A DNA stretch of 64,000 nt from Podarcis cretensis (taxonomy: Eukaryota), in assembly GCA_951804945.1 (NCBI GenBank), contig OX638155.1:61380001-61444000 (forward strand). Direction: 5' to 3'. The position numbers were made by a program, and so were the translations under genes. Of this stretch, positions 49,906-62,148 are shown piece after piece. Position 1 is the stretch's first letter. Each line of letters opens with the position of its first letter. The notes under the pieces were generated by a model. The model was not told the DNA's origin, searched no databases, and worked only from the letters and a program-made list of their open reading frames with translations.

Positions 49906-52409
49906 GAGCATTGAGCTCTTTCCCAGAGGAATATATGTGTCAGGACGAAGCTGAAATGGGGGCAAAATGGGGGGAGGGGTCAGCTCTCTTAGGGGGTCAG
50001 AATGAATGAGCAATAAATGAATGACCTGGAGGACCCCAAGTTGCTTATTGAACAGAATGCAAGTGATGAACCTTCCACACCAGTACAGGATCTGGCATGT
50101 TCTAGTATTGCGACCACTGACAGGAGACTGAATCAATCCACAGTTCTTTCATCAGCACTTTCCTCCATGCTTCTCAGACAAACCAGACTGCAAGTGTAAT
50201 TAGGAACCACTGACAAAAGCCAGCTGAGCACTGACATGCTGGGAATTTCACCTTGCCCCGGACAGGAATAACTCTTAACTTGCAGGGAAGTGGCTGTTAC
50301 TTTAGAATTTCTATCAGTCACCTAACTGCACACTGTACTATCATAGCTTGCAACTCTAGTTGGCTCTTGGGGTTTGTTTTCATATGGATTCCACTCTTTG
50401 AAAAGAAGCCAACCCAGCAATTATCACATAGTCATCATTTATTGTACTGCCCACAGTGTGATAAGCGCTTAAGCTAATTGAGAAGAGAGGTGTGTGTTGT
50501 TTTTTTAACTTGTAGGCCTACCATCTGTCTCCCTCTTGCAGGATCTCACAAGACAGCTATAAACCCAGTTCCAGGAAAGTTATTTTATAAGGCAAGTACT
50601 TCATGTCCTTCAGTACTCTTTATGTGACAAGAAGCATGCTGTGCCATGCTGATTACTCTACAGCATGCGTATTGTTGATGATACTCTCCTTACCTGAATG
50701 GATCTTGCTACTTATTTCAATCAGTGAAAGACCTGCCTAAAGAAGGTGGTAGTTGTATCTCTCCTTCTCACAGGTCCTTGTCCTGCCACTCTTCCTTCAT
50801 CCATCTTTTTTCTGGTCCCCTGTCATTTTGCAAATCTGTTCTACAGGACACTCCAGCCTTTAGTTCTCTATGGATGTTGGGCAGCCATCCAATTACAGAC
50901 GCATTTTAAAATACATTAAAGGGTATGTAAAAAGTCATTATATTACACTAGCAGCAAATATGAACTGTTGCTTTATAGGAAGTCTTTCATCACCTTTATA
51001 ATGCTACATGCATGTCAATATTCCATATATTTTAAAAATACACAGAGACTATCTAATATATGACTAGAAATCTGATCATCTGATGGGGCTTTCCTTCTCC
51101 ACTTCTTCAGTGAGGTCTCCAGAACCTTCTGCCCTCCTCAGGGAAGTCCTATAGTGGGGCACAGGGAAGTATATCAGGAGTGGGTATGGGCAACATTAAG
51201 GCAGATGTTGGGAATGGAGCTACCATTCATGTAAATTATACTGGCAAAATATTTTCAATTCCTCCCTCCCGCTGCTAGGGATAGATAGACCAGTGATTTA
51301 GGGGGGCCATATCATTTTCACATTTCCATACTCTCCAACATTTATCCAATGACAATAGGGAAGACCTATCTATGGCTATGGATAATGATGATAATAGGCT
51401 CACTTTAAAAAATATATCATTATTTATTAAATTTATCTAATCAGAAACCTGGATGACTTCTGTGATGGTCCCTGGAAAATCAGAATACTTGGAAGATGTG
51501 CATTTCTGCCTACAAGTTCATTCCATCTCATTTCTGTATGAATCAGCTATTTTGTGGGGGGTTTTTTTGTTTGTTTTTTACGAATCTGCGTGAAAATTTT
51601 TAAATGTGTATTTTTTGAATGCATGGTCTCTAGACATAGGCACTTCTAACTGTAAAATACACATTTCAAAGTGGATTTTGATATTGCTTTGAGCCAATAA
51701 ATGTGTTGCAATCTTCAGGAAAGTGTATAAACTGATGGATCACTACACTCTAATTCACAAATGTGGATCAAGTCAGCTCAGAACAGAATGTGCACATATC
51801 AAAATCCTCAATCAGCCCAGACCAGGCCATTTTGAGAGACTTTTTCAGTGGTGAAGAGAAGGACAGTGAGGAGATGTGGGTGGGAAAACACCACTGGGGA
51901 AGTGGACTTCCATTCTCACAAGTCTGGATACAAACCAGCTCAGTTGCACACAGACACACAAACTGGGAACCATTTCTGAACTCTGAAGAAGAGAAATCAA
52001 TTGAAGCAGCATGCAAGAAATGGTTCCCACCACCAGAGAGCACCACAGCATTATTGAGAATAAATGACATTTCTGTTACATATGGTGAATTCCTAATCAA
52101 GATGGGTGAATGATTATGCTAAGTATAGTAGACTGCTAGGTATTGAAATAGTGGTGCCTGCCTGAGTGCAGAAACACGACAAAACTGTTAGCAGAGTGCC
52201 TGGAATAAGGCTGTTTGAGTCCAGAGGGGAAAGAAATGGATAATATTGTACTGAGATAAACTGAATAAAAGCAGTATATAACTTGGAGAGAATCTTCTTT
52301 ACAGGCCTAGAAGAGCAAGTTGAGACATATAGATGACTCACAACTAACGCATGTTTAACTTGCTCACATTCAGCTTTACATGATTGGCTAATAATAATAA
52401 TAATAATAA

Positions 52410-52566
52410 AGAACCTGTCCAGGTCTAAGTTCTTCAGGAGAGGCCCTTCTCTCAGTCTCACCACCCTCACAGAGTAGAGATAGGTAGAGATGTGGGAAAG
52501 AGCCTTCTCTGTGGCTGCTCTCAAACATTGGAACTCGCTCCCTAGAGAAGTTAGACTGACTCCCTC
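52410..52566 (+). mobile_element. Old L2 fragment, left half (continues at 55502-55815)
   Basis: RAFSVAALKHWNSLPREVRLTPS; resumes after the L1 insertion with a T-rich UTR and gtaagttgtcttgag end. Confidence 0.7.
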
Positions 52567-55501
52567 AAATGTGGGAAACTTTTAGCATGGCAATTGAAGA
52601 AGAGACAGAAATTGAACACAGTCACAAGCTTGGAGGTGGATGGAAAGAACATTTTTAAACCAAATGAGATCAGCAACTGTTTTCAGAGCTATTTCAGAAG
52701 ATTATATGCTCAAGGGCCGGAAAACGAAGGAAATATAGAAGACTTTCTTAAGAAACATGGATTACAAAAAATTTCGCAACAAAGTATGTTGGTTCTAAAT
52801 GAGAAAATAACAGATCAAGAAATAGAGGGTGCCATTCAAAGTATACAACTAGGGAAATCTCCAGGACCAGACGGACTAACCTCCAGATACTATAAAACAT
52901 TGAAGGAATGGTTAATACAGCCGCTTAAGGAGGTTTGTAATGAAATATTAGAGGGGGAAAGGGCACCTGAATCGTGGAAAGAAGCTTTTATTACACTTAT
53001 ACCAAAGACTGAAACTGAAAAAAATCAGATCAAGAACTATCGCCCTATATCATTACTTAATGTGGATTACAAAATATTTGCTGACATTTTAGCAAAAAGA
53101 CTGAAGAAGGTGTTGGTGGAGGAGATTCATAAGGATCAGGCAGGCTTTCTCCCAGGAAGACATTTATCAGACAATGTAAGGAACATAATTGACATTATGG
53201 AACTGCTGACTGTAAATATTAACACAAAGGCAGTTTTAATTTTTGTGGACGCGGAGAAAGCCTTTGATAATATTTCTTGGAACTTTATGAAGAAGAATCT
53301 CCACGGGATGGGGGTAGGCCAAAGGTTTGAAAATGGTATAGGTGCAATATATTCTGAACAAAAGGCAAAGTTAATTGTAAATAATGTGGTTACTGATGAA
53401 CTTTCTATAGAAAAAGGGACACGGCAGGGGTGCCCAATATCCCCATTACTTTTTATATCAGTCCTGGAGGTTTTGTTGAATATGATCAAGGGGGACCAGC
53501 TGGTAAAAGGAGCTCAGGTTGGAGCCAAACATTATAAATTGAAGGCATTTGCAGATGATTTAGTATTGACTTTACAAGAGCCAGACACTAGTACAAAAAG
53601 AGTCTTAGAGTTAATCCAAGTATTTGGTCAGGTGGCAGGATTTAAGCTGAACAAACAAAAAACTAAAGTTTTGGAAAAAAAATCTAACAAATGTTGAAAG
53701 AGAGAGTTTTCAAAATGAAACTGGGTTAATGGTGGCAAAGAAAGTAAAATATTTGGGGATTAACATGACATCTAAGAATGTGAACTTATTTAAAGACAAT
53801 TATGACAAATGTTGGACAGAGGTAAAGAAAGATCTAGAAATATGGTCGAACTTGAAGCTTTCCTTGTTAGGCCGAATCGCAGTGATTAAAATGAATGTAT
53901 TGCCTAGAATGTTATTTTTGTTTCAGACATTACAAATTGTGGATAAACTAGATTGTTTCAAGAAGTGGCAGAAAGATATATCTAAATTTGTCTGGCAGGG
54001 CAAAAAGCCCAGAATAAAATTTAAGATACTTACTGATGCAAAAGAAAGAGGGGGGTTTGCCCTGCCGGACTTAAGACTGTACTATGAATCGGCAGCTTTC
54101 TGCTGGTTGAAAGATTGGCTACTTCTTGAGAATGCAGACATTCTGGACTTGGAAGGATTCGACAATAGGTTTGGTTGGCATGCATATATATGGTATGACA
54201 AGGTCAAAGTTCACAAGGGTTTCAAAAACCATATTGTTAGGAAAGCATTATACAATGTGTGGATTCGATATAAGGACTTGCTGTAAAATAAAACTCCTAG
54301 GTGGTTATCACCAATGGAGGCTAAGGAGGTGAAGAAACTAAATATGGAATCCAAATGGCCAAAATATTTTGAAATTTTAGAACAAGAAAGTGGCAAATTT
54401 AAATTACAGAGTTTTGAGAAAATAAAGTCCAAGGTACGAGACTGGCTCCATTATTATCAAATAATGGAGACCTTTAAACAAGGCAGGAAAATTGGCTTCC
54501 AGGTGGAGAAATCGAAGTTAGAAACAGAATTGTTAGAACCCAATACTAAGAATTTATCAAGAATGTATAATCTGCTGCTGAGGTGGAATACAATAGATGA
54601 GACAGTTAAGTCAGCTATGATTACATGGGCACAGACATAGGTCATGACATTATGTTTGCTGACTGGGAACAGTTATGGACCACCGGTATTAAATTTACGG
54701 CATGTAATGCCCTAAGAGAAAATATTATGAAAATGATTTACAGGTGGTACATGACCCCAGTCAAGCTTGCGAAGATTTATCATCTGCCCAATAATAAATG
54801 TTGGAAATGTAATGAGACTGAAGGCACCTTCTTTCACCTTTGGTGGACCTGCCCAAAGATTAAAGCCTTTTGGGAAATGATTTATAATGAAATTAAGAAG
54901 GTACTTAAATGTACTTTTCATAAGAAACCGGAGGCATTTCTCTTGGGCATGGTCGGCCAATTGGTGTCAAGGAAGGATAAGACTTTTTTTATGTACGCTA
55001 CTACAGCAGCAAGGATTCTTCTAGCAAAGTATTGGAAGACACAAGAATTACCCACACTGGAAGAATGGCAGGTGAAAGTGATTGACTTTATGGGACTGGC
55101 AGAAATGACTGGCAGAATCCGTGACCAAGAGAAAGAGACGGTGGAGGAAGATTGGAAGAAGTTTAAAGTATATCTTAAGAACTGCTATGAAATTGAGGAG
55201 TGCTAAAATGTCAAGGGGAAGGAAGATGCAGAATTACAGCTGAAACTGTTTGATGATTTAAGGGGAAATTGAGAAAGATAATAAATTTAAATTTAATTGG
55301 TAAAAAGGGTTGCTGAAAAACAGTAAAATAAGAATGCAAAAAGGGTGAGGTATGGGGAAGTCCGAGAAAGGAGGTTCATGAAAATGAGGTTAAGAAAGTA
55401 TATTTGTGTGTTTGTTTGTATTTGTTGATGTTCTTATGTTGTTGTTGTTTTGTTTTAAAATTGGAAAATTAATAAAAATTATTATAAAAAAATAAAAAAA
55501 A
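52567..55501 (+). mobile_element. 5'-truncated L1 LINE (ORF2 RT to 3' UTR and poly-A)
   Basis: ORF2 pieces 52594-53697, 53729-54286, 54314-54640 and 54625-55206 with all RT motifs and CWKC..HLWWTC; AATAAA and A-tail; perfect 15-bp TSD tagactgactccctc (52552-52566, 55502-55516). Confidence 0.96.
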
Positions 55502-55614
55502 TAGACTGACTCCCTCCTTATTGTCCTTGTTCAAACAGACTTTTGGGAACTGACTGTTTTTAAGGAAAGGGCTGGTGCTGTGTTGTTTTTATTGCAATTA
55601 TCTGTATGTGTTAA

Positions 55615-55674
<60 letters not shown>
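55615..55674. repeat. (CT)n(CA)n compound microsatellite
   Basis: Seen directly. Confidence 0.95.
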
Positions 55675-55675
<1 letters not shown>

Positions 55676-56949
55676 ATCTGTATGGTTTAATAGATCTCAT
55701 ATGTTTAATTGTATTTTAATTATTGCTTTTTCCCTTCCTATGTTTTTAGCTGTTCCTATTTTCTCTGTAAGTTGTCTTGAGTCCCTTTCAGGGAAAATGG
55801 CAGGAAATAAACTCCTTTGAATTTATTTCTTTACATTTGAAGGGGGCGGGGAATCAGCACAGTGAGATAAAGATTTGCACATAGTAAGGAGCCTCATTAC
55901 TTTCACATTCTAATTAATGCCTTCGTGGAAGGTGATTGCTATTACTGGCTCTGCCACAGCTGTAATCCTGACAGGCTAATAGATTGTGGGAAGTTATGTT
56001 GATGTAGTGTATGGCTGTTTGTGGCTTTCCCATTTGAAAGGATATATTAAGGCTGGGTCCAGATTACAAATGTTTGACCTGGCAGAGAGATGTAGCGGCC
56101 GCTAAAGCAAATATTGTGTCATTAATATAGCACTATCCACAAATGGGACTGGCGACATATAATGCTGTGTCTGTGGATATATTCAAATTGCCTGGTGGGT
56201 CCTTAACTAACCCCATTCTGCCTAGGTACACTCTTCCCTTGAATACCTAAACACAACAGAATGAGTTAAGGCTATATTTTTAGCCTTAACTCTAAATTCA
56301 CTGGCATTTGTAACTTCCAATAAGATTCTTAATGCCATGTGACTCAAGGTTTTTCTGTGGTCTAGTGAAAAGTGCATACTTTTTAATTTGGGCCTGTTGA
56401 TTTTGTTTTTGTTTTTTACAATGGTACTATTAAAAATAGAAGCATGCTTCAGATAAATCTAAGCTGACATGATAAACCATAATCACACTGTTTAGCACGG
56501 CTGATTACATAGATCCATGCTTTTCCGAATGAGTTTTGACCCCAACAATCTCTTTAAACTGCTACTTATGTTCTTATGCTACAAGATAATGTATTATCTC
56601 AAAGAAAACCACAAAACTTTTGCAATAAGAGGCATATAAGAAATCCAAATAGTAAAAGTTAGGGGTTTTTTTTGGGGGGGGGGGAGGTGCCATATAGTAG
56701 CCAGTTTGTAAATGATAATGTGATTATGTGTGCGATCTTTTTAAGACCGAAACTGTTTCCATCTCTGTTTTGTATAATGAACAATATGCTGCACAGTTGC
56801 TACTCAATTAATGCAATGCAATAAATATGGTCCTTTTTCTTGGTGGTGGTGGTGGTAGAGCTATCTAGTCAACACTTAGGACTTGGTCAACTGCCTCTCA
56901 TTTGCTCTATTATTTTAAAATGTTTTTCTTATTCATGGCATGAATCTAT

Positions 56950-57152
56950 CTGGATCCTAAGATCATCTACTAAGGCTCTTCTCTGGATTTCCTCTCTGAA
57001 GAGGCTCAGGCGGCAGCAATACATGAGAGGGCCTTTTTGGTTGTGGGCCCCTGCCTTTGGAATGCTGTCCCCAGTGAAACCTGCCTGGTACCAACACTGA
57101 CATCTTTTGCATTGCCAAGTTAAGCCTTTCCTCTTTTCCCAGGCATTTGATT
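56950..57152 (+). mobile_element. Old L2 3' fragment
   Basis: LRSSTKALL..RAFLVVGPCLWNAVP..VKPFLFSQAFD* remnants. Confidence 0.7.
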
Positions 57153-58562
57153 GAATAGAATCCAGCAGTGTCAAGGCTTTATGAAAACGTAACTTTGAAT
57201 TGTTGGCATGTCTTTGATGTCTGTGGAGGTTGGTGTTTTATGTTAAATTTTGGTGGCAGTTTCAAACAATTCTTTATGTTTTTAAATCTGCTTGTAGGTT
57301 GTCTAGAAGCTGCCTTGTGCTAAGTGATGGGGGGGGGGAACAATGACAAGAAGATAAGCATAATAATATATATATGTAATAGGATTAACAACTGTAATAG
57401 CACAATACTTCGGCTAATAAAATATAAACCCATACTTAAAAATGAAATCAAATTGCATCAAAGAAACCTTTATATGGTGTGGGCTTGCATCATCTACATT
57501 TTATTAAGGGGGTTTATTTCAGTTTGAAGCCTTACAATAATTGTTATATTCTCTCTCTCAAAAAACCCCCATACCTCTCTATGGTAGTGGTACCCAGTCT
57601 TTTTGGAACATGCACTACAAACCATGTACTAAGTACGTGGCTGAAGCCTTACAAAACACTCCAAACCATCTTTGGCCCACAGGGATGATTACTCCAAAGT
57701 AAGTGTGCATAGCGTTGCAGCCCTAAAAAACTTGGCAGCATCAGTTTCTGGCACAGCTTCAGTCTTGCCTTGTAAGAAACTGCTTTTAAGGAACAAATCT
57801 TAGAAAGACTTCGATGCAGAGTTAAGTGTGTTTTAAGTCCTCTGATTTCAGTGAACTTGGGCATACTTCACTCTTCATTGAGTTATAGCCAAGGTATTTG
57901 TGGCTGGGAACGTTAAATGACTTAGACCTGAATCTTATAAAAGCCCTGTCCAAATGATAGATAAGCTTCCTCTGTGTATCTAAATGCTGAAGCATTTAAA
58001 GTTGCTTTGGCCCTAAAGGACAGTAGGAGTGATTTTTCTGTTGCACAATGCAATAATTACCAAAGACCACATCAGGAAAATTATAGTGTTTCACTGCCAT
58101 CTAATGGATTTATAAGGAAAGGAAGTGGAATGGGGAGACTGACAAACTAGGCCCTTCTGGACTAGGCCTAGAGATTTACTCACTGCGAATGTTTAGGTCA
58201 TTATTCTTCAGGTCAAGAATGGCAAGTCTTGGTAACCTGAAAATCTGCATGCTCTTACCAACAAATATTGATTTTTTAAAAGCTAACTTTATTTCCCTGT
58301 GTTTGCCTTTTATTCTATTCACATGAATTTCTGGAAGATTTCATGGCCTAATCAGAAATATTATTTTCCTAAGCAGATCGAGTGACAGCATATTGGAAGG
58401 CTTAGAGGTGACAGCAATCAAGAAATGAGGCAAGAACTTTACTGTTTCTCTCAAACAAGAACAGAACAGCAACGGGAAATGCCTGTGTTCATAAAAAACC
58501 CCTATGTTCAGTGCCTCCTAGTGTCTAAAATATATAACGACACTATCCACACAGGCAGAGTT

Positions 58563-58564
<2 letters not shown>

Positions 58565-58630
<66 letters not shown>
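58565..58630. repeat. (TA)n(GA)n compound microsatellite
   Basis: Seen directly. Confidence 0.95.
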
Positions 58631-58635
<5 letters not shown>

Positions 58636-59399
58636 TTATAGAGGCCTCACTGGTAAAACATTACAGCTCACTCTGTTGTCCATTGCTATTGAAAGGATGT
58701 TATTTTTGGCATTCCCCCACCAAGCATAGTAGGTGTTAGAGTAATTTGAGATGTTTAAGTGCATGCAACTTAATCATCTATCTCCATCCTTAACACATTA
58801 ACGGTTCATTCCATCAGTCAGCTATACAGATGTAGTTGGAATGAAGCCAATTAAGTTCTACTGACATTTATTCACTTGGAAATTCAGGGAGCCTGAGATG
58901 GGAATAATTACACACATTAGGCTGGGTAAGCATGTATAGAAATGCGTAATTAATAGGAACTGGGTTCATATGGGCCTGGACTGCACCACTTCAGATGGTA
59001 TCATGAGCTCTCATAATTTAATGCCCTCCATACTGTGCTTGCGCTAGTTCTCATACTGCCCAGGCCTTAACTTGCAACTTCTGCCCATTGTTTGACACCT
59101 TCAAAATTCATTTGTTCTATAACAGATTGCATGTCTTCCATTGATTTAAAAGCTGGCCAGGTTTTTATCCTTTTGTTTAAAGATGTAATAGAAAAACAAA
59201 ATTGTTATAGAGTATTCATTTAGTTACTTAACCCTGGATAACAGTATGCTATCAACTTGTTAGAGCTGCGGTGTGCGATTTGGCAGCAATGTGTCTTGAT
59301 GTTAGTGCAGTAGCAGATGGGGCAGTGGCACTTACCTGACCCTCATCGTTGCATACTCCCCAACATTTCTCCGATGGAAATAGGGGCGTCAACTCTGGC

Positions 59400-60035
59400 T
59401 GCCAATTCAAAGTGCTGGTTTTGACCTATAAAGCCTTATATGGCTCAGGACTACAGTACCTCAAGGACCACCTTTCCCCATGTAATCTCACCTAGATTCT
59501 GCAATCATCATCTGAGGCCTTGTTTCATGTGCCTCTTCCATGAGAGGTCCAGAAGGTGGCAACATGAGAATGGGCCTTTTCTGCAGTGGCCCCCCATTTG
59601 TGGAATGCTCTTCCCAGGGTGGCTTGCCTGGCATCTTCATTACATATATTTCGGCAAAAATGTTCCTCTATCATCAGGAGCTTGGTTGGTTGAACATTCA
59701 ATGTGTTTGAGGTTTTGGTTTGTTTTTGTTCTTGTTTTATTATGTGCTTTACAGTGGTACCTCGGGTTAAGTACTTAATTCGTTCTGGAGGTCTGATCTT
59801 AACCTGAAACTGTTCTTAACCTGAAGCACCATTTTAGCTAATGGGGCCTCCTGCTGCCACTGCACCACCGGAGCACGATTTCTGTTCTCATCCTGAAGCA
59901 AAGTTCTTGACCCAAGGTACTATATCTGGGTTAGAGGAGTCTGTAACCTGAAGCATCTGTAACCCGAGGTACCACTGTATTTATATCATGGACCACCCTG
60001 TGAAGTTCAGATGAAGGGTGGTATAATTAATTAAT
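59400..60035 (+). mobile_element. Old L2 3' fragment interrupted by a MITE
   Basis: QFKVLVLTYKALYGSGLQYLKDHL..AFSAVAPHLWNALP; tail resumes after 59979. Confidence 0.8.
59752..59977. mobile_element. Tc1/mariner-type MITE, copy 4
   Basis: TIRs cagtggtacctcgggtta / taacccgaggtaccactg, TA on both sides. Confidence 0.92.
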
Positions 60036-60353
60036 GGGTGGGTGGATGGATGGGTGGGTGGATGAATGGATGGGCTGAGGAGGCAGTTTAATCAAATTTC
60101 TGCAGGGAAAATAAATTGTCTAACAGTTACTTTTCCCCCGTGGCGTTTTCCTGCTCCTGCCGCAGCTGGGGGTAGCAGAAACTCTGTTGGTGGCCTCACA
60201 TCCTTCTTAAAGACCCAAGCCTAGTAATGTTTGAGGGCATTGCTGGGAATGGTGGAAGTGGCCATGAAAAAGTTGGAGAATATCCAGCGATAATATTTTT
60301 TTCAGCAGGGGATGCTAAAATGTAAAATATCATAAATTTTCCCTGAAGGATGT

Positions 60354-60727
60354 TGTTATGTACTGAGTCGAATAGGATCCAAACTGCAGCAGTCTGATTG
60401 GTCCTAGAACAATAGTATCCAAAAGGCAGCAGTCTGATTGGTCCTAGAACAATAGGATTCAGAATGCAGCAGTCTGATTGGTCCTAGAACAATGCAGCAG
60501 TATGATTGGTTGGCAGGAACCACCCAATCATGCTCCAGATTGAAGTGAATCCACAACCTGATTGGCTTACAGTAGAATTCCGGAATTAGCCAATCATGTG
60601 CAGCCCATTGTGTAAATAATGTATATAAAGCAGATACTTTGAGGGGACATTCATTCATTCATTCCTCCTCACCACCATGAGCTGAATAAAGAGCATGAAA
60701 TCACTTTGCGACTCTGAGTATATTTCA
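60354..60727 (+). mobile_element. Solo LTR (374 bp) with internal 40-bp tandem repeat
   Basis: TG..CA ends, perfect 5-bp TSD gatgt, CCAAT boxes, TATATAAA near 60622 and AATAAA near 60685 in U3-R-U5 order. Confidence 0.88.
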
Positions 60728-61613
60728 GATGTCAACTGAGAAATTTTGGCTCAGCAATACATAAAACATTTCAACAAGGTGTTTCCTGGAAAGGTCAACA
60801 ACAACAGCAAACACAACCACCACCCAGGGTTAAAAAAGAAAATCATTTACTAGAGACAAAGAGCAGAAAATAGGGAATATCTCTGGTAAATAGGGAATGT
60901 TGGTGCATATGAAAGTAGAGATGTCAGAGAGAAGGATTCTGTCCTTAGCTTCTCCCTGGAATGGATCAGGCGGCTCTTGTTCAGGGAACATTTTGAGCTA
61001 GGAAGAGCAATCAATCACGCCGAGCCTTCATCTGCAGTCTGAAGTCGTACAGTTTCCATGCAGGTTTGGTACTTCAATAAGAGTAAGGCCTGTACTATGG
61101 ATAGATTGGAATGGATGCTATGCCACAGATTATAACTTCAGAAACAAAGGGTAGTTGCACACCAACATGTAATGAGTGTGGAAGGACTTATCGCTTTAAT
61201 CGGTACTGGCCCGAGTCCATTTCAAAATGAAACACCATCACAAAATGTCACTCGTATTGATTCACAGCACATAAAGCCCTTGAGACCACCTTCTTTCTCA
61301 TATGCCATTGTGATTCATACAATCAGTCATGGCTGTCTCTTGATGATGTGTTCCATGTGGCAAGTCTGAAGGCTTTGGAATTGCAAAGGTTGAGTGTGAA
61401 TCTCATCTATGAAGTGTCCTGAAACCGAGGCAAAAAAATTATGGTTCAGGATGAACAGAAACTTCTGTGAATGACAGGAATTTGTTTGTTTGTTTGAGAA
61501 ACTGTGCTAATATTATCTTCCTGGAGCTGTGAGGAGCAAGATGAGTTCATCATCCACATAAATATACTGTATACTAGCAGGACTTACTATAACAAAGCTC
61601 CTTTCATCTCATT

Positions 61614-61637
61614 CTCTCCCTCTCTCCCTCCCTCCCT

Positions 61638-61676
<39 letters not shown>

Positions 61677-61700
61677 CCTCCCTCCCCCCCTCTCTCTCTC
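61614..61700. repeat. CT-rich simple repeat
   Basis: Seen directly. Confidence 0.9.
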
Positions 61701-61914
61701 TGACCCACCACTGGTCAGCATTATGTGTCCAATGAGCACGTCTGGTACTCATTAGGCTATTTTAGGACATACACACAATTGATGCTCCTTACGTTTCAGA
61801 TAAATAGAAAGTCCAAATGGCTATTATTGGCCATGGTCCTCCAAATGACCGAAGGAAAGGGCTATTTATCCCCTCTTCATAACAGAACAGCTTAACAATT
61901 TTAATAATAATAAC

Positions 61915-61973
61915 TTTTTTATTTATACCCTGCACCATCTGGCTGGGTTGCCCCAGCCACTCTGGGTGGTTTC
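61915..61973 (-). mobile_element. Short L2 3' tail
   Basis: Reverse complement of the same stem-loop tail (loop GCAA). Confidence 0.75.
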
Positions 61974-62148
61974 AAAACGTTGTCTCTTCTAAAAGTTGTG
62001 TAGTTCTTTATCCCCTTGACATCTGATGGGAGGGTAAATTGGACTATATAATATACACTGGATGACAGCAAACATTTAAATGTATGTGTACTCCATGGTT
62101 TGTTTTTTTTTAGATTCAATTTTTTTAAAGGCCATTAAAGCATTCAAA

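Noticed and set aside
47616-54960. Antisense ORFs over the L1s (also 62144-62632 and 63323-63904 over BovB)
   Set aside because: They are shadows of the LINE reading frames with no independent coding signal
60371-60510. Regularly spaced repeats resembling a CRISPR array
   Set aside because: The variable parts are homologous to each other, there are no cas genes, the DNA is vertebrate, and the repeat lies inside a TSD-flanked LTR
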